Below are positions 37,615 to 46,512 of a stretch of 64,000 bases of DNA, piece after piece. The translations under genes and the position numbers were made by a program. The notes under the pieces were generated by a model. It searched no databases. It saw only the letters and a list, made by a program, of their open reading frames with translations, and was not told where the DNA came from. Location of the stretch: positions 6,521 through 70,520 of the forward strand of contig CAYTKI010000028.1 in assembly GCA_964438385.1 (NCBI GenBank), written 5' to 3'. Origin of the DNA: an uncultured Methanosarcinales archaeon (GTDB lineage: Archaea; Nanobdellota; Nanobdellia; Woesearchaeales; GW2011-AR4). Each line of letters begins with the position of its first letter. Positions within the stretch are counted from its first letter, which is position 1.

Positions 37615-38520
37615 GTGAATGGAATGAAAGTGCTCGTTTTAGGGGTATCGGGGATGCTGGGCCACAAGGCCTACGAAACCCTCAGGGAAGGCGGTTTTGA
37701 TACGTATGGGATTATGCGCCGGCCGCTTGCGGATTTTAGGCACTTCACTCTTTTTGACAAAAAGACCATCATCGATAATCTGGATATCACTGATATCGGA
37801 AAGCTCGATTCGGCGATGAGAAAAATAAGGCCGCAGCTCGTCATCAACGCGGTTGGTGTCGTAAAGCAGGTATGTGATGAGCCGGTTCCAGCAATCACCC
37901 TCAACTCCCTCTTTCCGCACCAGTTGGCTAGGATTTGCTCAAATTCAAAAGCCAGACTCATCCAGGTAAGCACTGATTGTGTTTTCTCAGGAAAAAAAGG
38001 TGATTATGCTGAAGACAATTCTCCTGATGCGGATGATCTCTATGGCAGAAGTAAGCTGCTCGGAGAAGTGACCTATGGCAATCACCTCACCTTGCGCACT
38101 TCAATCATAGGGCGTGAGCTCTTCACTAGTCACGGGCTTGTGGAATGGTTCCTCTCCCAGAAAGGGGAAGTGAATGGGTATACCAAGGCAATCTTTAGTG
38201 GTCTTTCAACCAAAGAGATCTCCCGCGTTCTTATCCAGCTCTCAAAGCGTCCGGAAATCACAGGCCTTCTCAACATAGGGACTAAAAAAATTGACAAATA
38301 CTCTCTGTTAAGGATAGTAAGAAAGGAATTTGGAAAAGAGGATATCACCATTAAACCTTACAGCAAGTTTGTCTGCGACCGAAGTCTGGATACATCCAGA
38401 ATGAGAAAGCTCGGCATCAAAACAAAGCTATATCCTGAAATGGTGAGTGAGATGGCAAAGGACTCGCTCTATGGGCAGCCCACGGCTCTGTCCCGAATGA
38501 AGGCAGCGCCTCCTTTGTGA
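37615..38520 (+). CDS. RmlD-like NAD(P)-dependent sugar reductase/epimerase (dTDP-4-dehydrorhamnose reductase family)
   Basis: VLVLGVSGMLG Rossmann, YGRSK catalytic motif; ORF begins with GTG at 37615, first ATG at 37624. Confidence 0.7.
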   Translation: MNGMKVLVLGVSGMLGHKAYETLREGGFDTYGIMRRPLADFRHFTLFDKKTIIDNLDITDIGKLDSAMRKIRPQLVINAVGVVKQVCDEPVPAITLNSLFPHQLARICSNSKARLIQVSTDCVFSGKKGDYAEDNSPDADDLYGRSKLLGEVTYGNHLTLRTSIIGRELFTSHGLVEWFLSQKGEVNGYTKAIFSGLSTKEISRVLIQLSKRPEITGLLNIGTKKIDKYSLLRIVRKEFGKEDITIKPYSKFVCDRSLDTSRMRKLGIKTKLYPEMVSEMAKDSLYGQPTALSRMKAAPPL

Positions 38521-38732
38521 GCGAATCGGCAATTGCGGCGTACAAAGTGGAAGGGGATGCCCCAAAGCTTTTCTTCCCTTCGCCTTCGGCTCAGGCAAGA
38601 AAAGCTTTACCAAAAGAAAGGGCTACGCCTACCGTTTCTTTTCGCCAGCGTTTTCTTTGCCCGACCGCAGGGAGGGGAAAGAAAAGGCTGACGTGGAGGG
38701 AACCACTTATCCAATGCGATAGAGGGAAGCGA

Positions 38733-38771
38733 GCCTGGCGCTGCCCGAGCGAAGCGAGATTCGGGACAGAG
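38733..38771 (-). repeat. 38-bp dispersed repeat copy B (inverted relative to 23942..23979)
   Basis: GCCTGGCGCTGCCCGAGCGAAGCGAGATTCGGGACAGAG; lies in 330-bp non-coding region after the glycosylation cluster. Confidence 0.6.
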
Positions 38772-38847
38772 CCGAAGCCCACGAAAAGTATTTAAAGCCA
38801 ATTCAAGAGTGATGAGCCAATAAAGAGTTCATAAAAAGAGGTGCACT

Positions 38848-39051
38848 ATGGTTTTCACGTTGGATATTCAGAATCTTACTCTTGCCGTCATCATCGGAAC
38901 CTTGGCAGCAATCGTCTATTCCCTGCGCGTCCTTGTCCTCATGGAACGCCGCATGGCAAATATTGAGGGCCACATAGAAAGAGTCATCGAGAAGATTATG
39001 CACGAGGAAATCGTGATTGAGAAAGAAGTTCGGGGAATGAGGAAAAAATAA
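38848..39051 (+). CDS. small membrane protein, unknown function
   Basis: 67 aa, one TM (LAVIIGTLAAIVYSLRVLVL); AGGTG RBS-like sequence 8 nt upstream. Confidence 0.4.
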   Translation: MVFTLDIQNLTLAVIIGTLAAIVYSLRVLVLMERRMANIEGHIERVIEKIMHEEIVIEKEVRGMRKK

Positions 39052-39070
39052 AATATTATCTTTAATTTTT

Positions 39071-39457
39071 TTAATTCTGAGAAATCTCTTCAAACGTGAG
39101 TCCCTTTGATTCTGCAAGATCCTTGTTGATGGCATACCCCTTCAAAGTCTCCCTCACATCCTCAAGCATCAAAAATCTCCAGATATGGGATATTTTTACC
39201 GCTATCCACGCCTCAGCCCCAAATGCTTTCGCGAACGTGCGGATTTGCTCTATATCTTCCTTGCCAAGATACTTCGCCTCTCCCGTGGTCATTTTGCATT
39301 CAATGGCAAGTTTTCTTCTCGCGTTTCCCGCCAATAGATCAGGACTCGGATACCGCGAGGAGCCGCTCCCCGCAACCCGAATGCACGCCCATCCGGCTGC
39401 CCAGAACTTATGAACCAATTCGCGCTCTGCGTTGATGCCTCTTGATTTGAGAGACAT
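39071..39457 (-). CDS. hjc: Holliday junction resolvase Hjc
   Basis: GINAERELVHKFWAAGWACIRVAGSG...PDLLAGNARRKLAIECKMT = Hjc PD-(D/E)XK core (D..E.K). Confidence 0.8.
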   Translation of the reverse strand: MSLKSRGINAERELVHKFWAAGWACIRVAGSGSSRYPSPDLLAGNARRKLAIECKMTTGEAKYLGKEDIEQIRTFAKAFGAEAWIAVKISHIWRFLMLEDVRETLKGYAINKDLAESKGLTFEEISQN

Positions 39458-39459
39458 TA

Positions 39460-40350
39460 CTACACCTTAATCTTCAGAAAATCATAGGCGCACGTGCTAT
39501 TTTCAAAAGTCCTCTTTGCTTCCTCTTCAAGTTCAGACACATCCTTGTAGCGCGCGCTGAAATGGGTCAGGTAGAGCTTGTCAACTCCAGCACGCGCGGC
39601 TATCTGCGCCGCCTGGGAGGCAGTCATGTGGCTATACTCTTCCCCCTTGCCTTCGAGTGATGAGCCATAGGTCGATTCGCAAATAAGAACATCAGACCCA
39701 TGCGCCAAGGCAAAGCAGTTCTCGCAGAGCTTGGTGTCAGTAATATAGGTAATCTTCTTTCCTTTCTCTACGATGGAGACATCATCAGGATGCACTTTTC
39801 CCCCCTTAATATCAACCGCGTGACCTGCCTGGAGCTTCCCAACGATTGGACCCGGCTTTATCCCAAGCTGCTGGAGCTTTTTTGGAAGAATTTTTCTTTT
39901 GTCCTTTTCGATAAACGAGTAGCCCAAGGTCTCGATGCCATGCTCTAAAGGCAGCGCCTCAAGTGTGAAATCATTCCCGTCGTAGAATTTCCCTTCCCTC
40001 ACTTCAACGACTTTTAGCTCAATGTCCTTATCAAAGACAAACGCCTTGAACAGATGGTCGATGCGCTGCTTTGTTCCGCGGGGTCCATAGATTTCAAGAT
40101 TCCTTCCGTACTCCGCAGCGCTTAGGGTTTGCACAAGTCCCGGAAGCCCAAGCACGTGATCGCCATGCCAATGGCTCAGGATTATTTTTGTGACTGATGT
40201 GATCTTAAGCCCCGCCACCTTGAACTGCCTCTGAATGCCCTCTCCGCAGTCAAAGAGCAGCCCTTCAGTGCCGTAGCTAAGAAAGACTCCGCTCTGGTTT
40301 CTCTCCTTTGTCGGGACCATTGATGAGGTGCCTAAAAATGTGATTTCCAT
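39460..40350 (-). CDS. rnz: ribonuclease Z (tRNA 3' endonuclease, metallo-beta-lactamase fold)
   Basis: ITFLGTSSMVPTKERN..., HWHGDH motif; 2-nt gap to hjc (operon). Confidence 0.8.
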   Translation of the reverse strand: MEITFLGTSSMVPTKERNQSGVFLSYGTEGLLFDCGEGIQRQFKVAGLKITSVTKIILSHWHGDHVLGLPGLVQTLSAAEYGRNLEIYGPRGTKQRIDHLFKAFVFDKDIELKVVEVREGKFYDGNDFTLEALPLEHGIETLGYSFIEKDKRKILPKKLQQLGIKPGPIVGKLQAGHAVDIKGGKVHPDDVSIVEKGKKITYITDTKLCENCFALAHGSDVLICESTYGSSLEGKGEEYSHMTASQAAQIAARAGVDKLYLTHFSARYKDVSELEEEAKRTFENSTCAYDFLKIKV

Positions 40351-40672
40351 GTGGGTGAGGTGGGAAACGCTCTATTTAATTGTTTCATTTTTAATTGTGA
40401 TAGCAAAGCGCTTACGCCCTACTCAGCAAGAAGAGCACCAAAATAATCAGGGAGGGTACTTCCAGAGTGCGCCAAATGTTCGCTTTGCGTCCTTTTCTCT
40501 GTGAAAAGGCTCGTTTGCGCGGGCTGCCTCTCGACGAGCCCTCGTGGAACGCAAAGCTTTGCAAATGATGCCCTCCACTCACCCTTTCCCCCTAATTAGC
40601 AAGCGCACAAAAATCCATTGCAGCGCCTCGTTATAAGGAAAGTATATAAAGTGTTTTTCAGTCCAATGCGCA

Positions 40673-41242
40673 ATGGCAGTAAAGAAGGAAATCACAGAAG
40701 AGCACAAGCCAAAGGAAGATCCTATTACAATTCTCTTCACCAAAGACCGCATCACAACCGAGAATTCAGATGCTGCGCGAGACCTCTTCAACCAAAGCAG
40801 GTACGGCGCGCTTCTCGAGAGCGGAAAAGTGCAGCTATCCCTCATTGAAGCCCTCTATCTCCTTGATAAGAAAAAGATTAAGGTGATTGATGGCAAAGAC
40901 AAAGCGGTTGATTTCGATGCCCTCCTAAAAAAAGGGCAGAAAATTGATCCCAATCTCTATGTGCGCTATGCGGTTTACAAGGACATCAGAAACAAGGGAT
41001 ACATCATAAAGACTGCCCTCAAATTCGGCGCTGATTTCCGCGTGTATGATAGGGGGGTGAAACCGGGTGAGGATCATGCGCGATGGGTGGTGTTTCCGGT
41101 ACATGAGTCATCTTCATTTACTTGGTACGAGTTTTCAGCTAAAAATCGAGTAGCACATTCTACAAAGAAACGGCTGCTTTTGGCGATTGTAGACGACGAA
41201 GGGGATGTCACATTCTACGAGAACAGATGGTTGCGGCCATAA
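40673..41242 (+). CDS. endA: tRNA-splicing endonuclease
   Basis: 189 aa; C-terminal catalytic block KFGADFRVY...H; TATA aagtatataaag 20-30 nt upstream. Confidence 0.85.
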   Translation: MAVKKEITEEHKPKEDPITILFTKDRITTENSDAARDLFNQSRYGALLESGKVQLSLIEALYLLDKKKIKVIDGKDKAVDFDALLKKGQKIDPNLYVRYAVYKDIRNKGYIIKTALKFGADFRVYDRGVKPGEDHARWVVFPVHESSSFTWYEFSAKNRVAHSTKKRLLLAIVDDEGDVTFYENRWLRP

Positions 41243-41278
41243 GGTTTATATCTCCATTTTTTCTTATCTTTTGTTGAG

Positions 41279-44200
41279 ATGCGCGCGCCAATCATCGTAT
41301 TTTTCCTTTTTCTCACTCCATTAGTTTCTGCTCTTCCTATTAACCTTGGCTTTGAACTGGGAAATATGAGCAACTGGCTCATCACCTATGAGGGGCTTGG
41401 ACTCGACTACACATCAACAGCATCCACTAATTTCAGCACCGAGGGAAACTATTCTGTTCTTTTTGGAGGGGCTTTGGGCTATATGAATAATTTTAATACC
41501 CATTTCTCCGCAATCAACCACTCTACCCAGATGGTTCGGCAGAATGATTTGGTCTGTCTTGACATCAAAAAAGACACTACGGGCTTAGGCAACTGGAAGC
41601 TCTATTCCTCGCTCATGGGAATATTCAAGTCCTCTTCAGTGGACGGCTTTGCCGATGGAAGCTATAATAACACCTGCCTCGCTTCTCCTGAAGAAGGGAA
41701 ACTTGACCTTATCGTGCGGGGGCTTGACGGGAGCTGCGGCTCCACGTGCCGCGTTCGCATCTATGTTGATAACATCCGCGTCTTTCCCTGCAACGACACC
41801 ATCAAAAATGGTGATGAGACGGATATTGACTGTGGGGGGCACTGCGGCCAGTGCGCGAACGGGCTGAACTGCACTAAGCATGCCGATTGCTCCTCTTTCT
41901 ACTGCCAATCAAACTCAACATGCAGGGAAGCGCCCTCCTATCCTTATTACCTCAACACCAACTGGGAATCGGGATTGACAACGTTTTGGGGCTTTTCGTG
42001 GCTGGCAGAAGGGACTTCCACTCTTGATGCCGGGACAAGGTACGCGAGTGAAGGCAACTATTCCTTCATCATAGACAGCCCATCCGGAGGATTGAATTCG
42101 CAATCAGGAAACTCAAACATCGTGAACATGATTCATAATTCAACAAGAGTGGAGCCGGGAGAGGAGGTCTGCCTTGACTACAAGAAGAACGCCACTTCTG
42201 ATACAGAGTATACCATAAAGCTCTACACAAATGGCACAATAAACACTTCCATCCCCACAGGCGAGCACAAGGGGCATTGCGCCACTTCTCTTGGCAACGG
42301 AAGCCTCGGGGTTGTCGTTTTGGGCACGAAAGGAAGCGGCTGCGGAGGCGACTGCATTGGCAACTTCTTTATTGACAACATCACAATTGGGCTTCGCAAC
42401 TGCACAGATGGAAATAAGGACCGGCTTGAGACTGATGTTGACTGTGGCGGCTTTTGTGGCAAATGTGTTGCAGGAAGAAGCTGCCTATTTGGCTTTGATT
42501 GTGTATCTGGCAACTGCTCTTCTTCGGCATGCACGGCTCCTTCCTCCTGCTCCAACCTTGCGCTGGACTCCGGAGAGGAAGGCATTGACTGCGGCTCAGT
42601 GTGCAACATCACCTGCGAGAGGGCACTATTGGAAAGGTATGCTCCTGTGTTGTATTTCCATCCTGACGAGCAGTTCTTTCCGACATCAATAGAGGCGATG
42701 CTGAATGAGAGTGATTTGAGAAATCGCACTTTTTTTACTGATGAAATCTTGGACAATCTTCCAGTTGATCAAAATAGTATACTGTTTGCACCAAATACAA
42801 GCTACTTGGATTTACAAAATTCTAGCGCATTAACAGGCAATTTCGGTGTTCCCGAAGGTACACGTTTTACCAAATATGGATACAAAATATATGGAAGAAA
42901 AGTTGAAATAAACTCTACATACATTTTTCTACAATATTGGGTTTTTTACCCATTTAATGATTGGAATAACAACCATGAAGGTGACTGGGAGATGATTCAA
43001 CTTAAACTCAATTACTCCAATCAGATTCCAATTGAATCTACATATTCCTTCCATTGGGGAGGCATTACTCATAATTGGTCTAGTATTGGAAAAAATGGAA
43101 CCCATCCCAAAGTATATGTTGTTGAAGGAGGTCATGGAAGCTGGAGTACACCTGGAGATCATGATTGGGCACAAGACGTACTAGGTCTTTATTGTCAATC
43201 TTTAACTGATAGAACTTCTAATAATGGAAGTTTTATAGAAATTTATACTAATTATAGTTTAGAAGTCATAAATAATAATAGTGTCTTTGTTAATTTTAAA
43301 GGAAAATGGGGGGAAATCAACACGGAAGGCACAACCGGACCGGATAGTCCAAACAGAATAAATTATGGCGCAGGAAATAGATGGGAAGATCCCTTATCGT
43401 GGGCAAACAATCCTTTACCAAATTCTTATGCGGCTTGTACAGGAAGCCCTGTTAATTTGTATGCTGTTGATCATAATGGCAATAGAATAGGGTTAAATTC
43501 ATCCGGAAACATTACTATTAACATTTCTAATACTTACTTCTATTTAACTTCTGATGGGGGTCAAGAGGCAATAGTAATCTTAAATTCAAATCCAATCACT
43601 TTTATTATAAATGCGACGGGGAACGGAGCATTTAATCTTTCTATAAGTAATTACAACAGTACTTCCTTTTCACGAAAAAACATTGAATACAAAAATGTCA
43701 AAATTACAAACTTTACTACTGCCTTCGTAAGCATTTCTGAAACAAACCCTAACTTTATCATGAGAATAGATAATGACGGGGATGGCAACATAGACTCTAC
43801 ACTCTCCCCAAATAACCTAACAATTAATAACAATGGATCAACTGAAGCAGATTCAGACAACGACAGTTACTCCGATACTATTGATAATTGTCCTCAATTC
43901 TATAACCCCCATCAATTAAACGATACCGATAAGGATGGTTTTAAATCAATCTCCTGCGGAGGTAATGACTGTAATGACGCTAATGTTAACATTAATCCTC
44001 TGGCCTCGGAAATTTGTAATGGATTAGATGATAATTGTGATGGACTTACAGATTCAACCTGCCAAACGGCATCCTCAGGCTCGTCATCCGGGGGAGGGGG
44101 AAGTGGAGGTATACTCTCCACCAAAACAATCAAAGAATGTGAAGGAGAAACTTGCCGGAAGACCCAATCCCCTATACCAGATATAGACTCATATATACAT

Positions 44201-44464
44201 TCTGATCAGTCAAAAAATATCCCTAATTCATTTGAATTAAGTACGGCAGAAAGATTGGCACTAGTAGGAATTTGCTTAGATACTTCTAGTCCTACTCGAA
44301 TAAATTCTCCATGTAATATTAAACTAAACATAGATCGATCTGAAGAATCTGCCTCTTTTAAAGGAATAACTGGAAACACAATTTCTAATAAAAATCAGTT
44401 CTCTCTAGAAGAACTTGGGAGAGCTATCAAAGAATGGTTTTTAAAAATTTTTAATTTTAACTAG
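41279..44464 (+). CDS. large secreted multidomain protein (Cys-rich modules, Vps62/DUF946-like region, MopE-like metal-binding motifs)
   Basis: Signal peptide MRAPIIVFFLFLTPLVSA; CGGHCGQC/CGGFCGKC modules; YAPVLYFHPDEQFFPTS Vps62-like; CGGNDCNDANVNINPLASEICNGLDDNCDG motif; Gly/Ser linker; 3' third is AT-rich. Confidence 0.75.
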   Translation: MRAPIIVFFLFLTPLVSALPINLGFELGNMSNWLITYEGLGLDYTSTASTNFSTEGNYSVLFGGALGYMNNFNTHFSAINHSTQMVRQNDLVCLDIKKDTTGLGNWKLYSSLMGIFKSSSVDGFADGSYNNTCLASPEEGKLDLIVRGLDGSCGSTCRVRIYVDNIRVFPCNDTIKNGDETDIDCGGHCGQCANGLNCTKHADCSSFYCQSNSTCREAPSYPYYLNTNWESGLTTFWGFSWLAEGTSTLDAGTRYASEGNYSFIIDSPSGGLNSQSGNSNIVNMIHNSTRVEPGEEVCLDYKKNATSDTEYTIKLYTNGTINTSIPTGEHKGHCATSLGNGSLGVVVLGTKGSGCGGDCIGNFFIDNITIGLRNCTDGNKDRLETDVDCGGFCGKCVAGRSCLFGFDCVSGNCSSSACTAPSSCSNLALDSGEEGIDCGSVCNITCERALLERYAPVLYFHPDEQFFPTSIEAMLNESDLRNRTFFTDEILDNLPVDQNSILFAPNTSYLDLQNSSALTGNFGVPEGTRFTKYGYKIYGRKVEINSTYIFLQYWVFYPFNDWNNNHEGDWEMIQLKLNYSNQIPIESTYSFHWGGITHNWSSIGKNGTHPKVYVVEGGHGSWSTPGDHDWAQDVLGLYCQSLTDRTSNNGSFIEIYTNYSLEVINNNSVFVNFKGKWGEINTEGTTGPDSPNRINYGAGNRWEDPLSWANNPLPNSYAACTGSPVNLYAVDHNGNRIGLNSSGNITINISNTYFYLTSDGGQEAIVILNSNPITFIINATGNGAFNLSISNYNSTSFSRKNIEYKNVKITNFTTAFVSISETNPNFIMRIDNDGDGNIDSTLSPNNLTINNNGSTEADSDNDSYSDTIDNCPQFYNPHQLNDTDKDGFKSISCGGNDCNDANVNINPLASEICNGLDDNCDGLTDSTCQTASSGSSSGGGGSGGILSTKTIKECEGETCRKTQSPIPDIDSYIHSDQSKNIPNSFELSTAERLALVGICLDTSSPTRINSPCNIKLNIDRSEESASFKGITGNTISNKNQFSLEELGRAIKEWFLKIFNFN

Positions 44465-44778
44465 AAACCCAACTTAAAATTAACTAAGGTGAGTAAGTTA
44501 GCAGTTATTTTTATGCCATATAGTAATACCAGCAACGAAATCCAGATTAAATCTCTAGTGACTAACTTCTCCTTTTTTCCAATATATATAAAAATAATTA
44601 TTCCTAAAATAAAGAATAAAACTGGTAAATAAAAGACGAGTGAAGAAAATAAAAAGAAAAGATTCAGATCGCGAAGGAAAACCTCTATACCATAGTTCAA
44701 ACCTATAAAATCAAAAAAAACCATAAGTGTTAATAGGATTAAAATTAAAATCTGAATTTTTTTGTTCATCATTTCCAT
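44461..44778 (-). CDS. small hydrophobic membrane protein
   Basis: 105 aa, 3 predicted TM; very AT-rich; 31 nt downstream of methyltransferase gene on same strand. Confidence 0.35.
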   Translation of the reverse strand: MEMMNKKIQILILILLTLMVFFDFIGLNYGIEVFLRDLNLFFLFSSLVFYLPVLFFILGIIIFIYIGKKEKLVTRDLIWISLLVLLYGIKITANLLTLVNFKLGF

Positions 44779-44809
44779 AGAATAACTACCAGATATAACA
44801 ATATATAAA

Positions 44810-45622
44810 CTATTCTATCCCCACCTCAACATCCCCAATCGTCCTCTGTGGCGGATTCAACCTCTTTTTGATAATCCCCTCATACCTGCGATCCTTTTCA
44901 ATTCCCACTGAATTTCTGCCAAGCATCTTAGCCACGGCAGATGTCGTTCCTGAGCCAAGGAAGGGGTCCAAAATAGTCTCACCTGGTTTTGAGCAGGCCA
45001 AAATGATGCGCCTTAAAAGCTCTATTGGCTTCTGGGTGGGATGCGCCCCTGCCCATTTTTCCTGTTTTGGGGTCACCGGGATCCACCAGACATTGCGTGT
45101 CTGCTTGCCTATCGGATTGAGGTTATCACTAATCAATTTCTTGGTGTCTTCATAGTTAAATGTCCATCTTTTTCCCTTTCCGTTCTTGGTCGCCCATATC
45201 AGATGCTCGCAGCTCTCTGTAAACATGCGGCAGGAGATGTTTGGCTGCGCATTTGGCTTAAACCACACAATGGAGTTGTTTATCTTCAGGTCAGTCATGG
45301 TCTGGATGATGTTGCCAACTTGGTAGATATTATGGAATGAGCCGCATATCCAAAGAGAGCCACCATGTTTGAGCACTCTGTAGCATTCCTGTATCCACTT
45401 CACATTAAACTTGAAGAATTCGTCCTTGGAGAAGATATCCCACGGTTCTTCCAGGGTGATGTGCTTGCTGTATTTCCAGCCAAGGCCTTTTTTCTTGGCG
45501 AGGCCGTAGGGCGGATCGGCGAAGATGAGCTCAAAATATCCATCAGGAAAAGTTGGAAGGATTTCAAGGCAGTTACCAATGAAAATCCTATGGCTCGTCT
45601 TTTGGAAATCTGAGGGGAACAT
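44810..45622 (-). CDS. beta-class N6-adenine DNA methyltransferase (DpnA/M.MboIC-like)
   Basis: Motif IV IFADPPYGL near N-term, motif I DPFLGSGTTSAVA near C-term (beta permutation); multiple blocks matching DpnA as recalled (WICGSFHNIY, KWAGAHPTQKP). Confidence 0.85.
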   Translation of the reverse strand: MFPSDFQKTSHRIFIGNCLEILPTFPDGYFELIFADPPYGLAKKKGLGWKYSKHITLEEPWDIFSKDEFFKFNVKWIQECYRVLKHGGSLWICGSFHNIYQVGNIIQTMTDLKINNSIVWFKPNAQPNISCRMFTESCEHLIWATKNGKGKRWTFNYEDTKKLISDNLNPIGKQTRNVWWIPVTPKQEKWAGAHPTQKPIELLRRIILACSKPGETILDPFLGSGTTSAVAKMLGRNSVGIEKDRRYEGIIKKRLNPPQRTIGDVEVGIE

Positions 45623-45706
45623 CAGATCCCAGACATTTAAAGTGACTGGTATTTATACTGATGTGACCAGATTGTGACCTAAGTTACGCAATCCTGTAAC
45701 ATAGAT

Positions 45707-46477
45707 TCATTCCACTAAAATATATTTTCCCTTCCCTTCAAACTTGAGAATTCCTTTATTCCGAAGGAATTGAAGCTGCTGCCGGATTTTGTCCTTTATA
45801 TGCCTATTTTGTGGATGGTTTTTCTCAAAGGTCTCTTCAAGGGAATAAATATCCCCCAATTCAAATCTTTTTTGCTCAAGGGAATGGACAGCATTGAGCA
45901 CGTCAACAATCCACCCCCTTTCTGGCAATGATGTTTTCTCCATGAAAGAAATTTTTTTCCATTTGTCCCTGACAATTCTCCGAGGAATCTCTTTTTTGTC
46001 GCCCACAATAGTTATTTTGCCCTCAGGCGGAACTTTGTAAAGGAGCAGATTGCAGCCAACCCAGCCCTTTCTGTCAGCGGATGGCTTGAGTGGCTTCCTT
46101 TTCTCAATAATCGACTCCGTAAAGAAGAAGTGAGGAACGACAAACAAGTCATCAATACAATAGTCGGCATCATATTTCATAAAGAGGAAATTTGGGCGGA
46201 CTAGGTTCCTTATAGAATCTATCATCTTGTGGTATTGACCGTCATTAACACTTTTTCCAAATCTAGACTTTTGACTTTTAAGCTGGAACTCTTCCTTGCA
46301 TTTTTCACAGAAGAAATCGGCAACAGGATAATTGTTTGGAAAAGCGGAAACTTTTGATTCAGAACAAGAGAAGCAGAAGAGATTATTCAATGCCCAATTT
46401 TCCGTAAGTCTTCTCGCAATCTGAGACTTGCTTTTGTACCCTTCGATGAGTCCTTTCTCGTAAAAGCAAAGTTCCAT
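45707..46477 (-). CDS. DpnI-like (Dam-replacing protein family) methyl-directed type IIM restriction endonuclease
   Basis: Start set at MELCFYEKG; blocks YKSKSQIARRLTENW, C4 CFSC...PVADFFCEKCKEEFQLKS (PD-(D/E)XK D..E.K), RKPLKPSADRKGWVGCN, NHIKDKIRQQLQFLRNKGILKFEGKGKY closely parallel DpnI as recalled; length 256 aa. Confidence 0.65.
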   Translation of the reverse strand: MELCFYEKGLIEGYKSKSQIARRLTENWALNNLFCFSCSESKVSAFPNNYPVADFFCEKCKEEFQLKSQKSRFGKSVNDGQYHKMIDSIRNLVRPNFLFMKYDADYCIDDLFVVPHFFFTESIIEKRKPLKPSADRKGWVGCNLLLYKVPPEGKITIVGDKKEIPRRIVRDKWKKISFMEKTSLPERGWIVDVLNAVHSLEQKRFELGDIYSLEETFEKNHPQNRHIKDKIRQQLQFLRNKGILKFEGKGKYILVE

Positions 46478-46512
46478 GACTCTTCTTCTGGGATATTTCT
46501 TAATAAACCTTC

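Noticed and set aside
40351-40672. Possible tRNA gene next to RNase Z and EndA
   Set aside because: No GTTCRA T-loop, no 7-bp acceptor stem with 3' discriminator context found on either strand; retained only as a candidate non-canonical ncRNA in findings.
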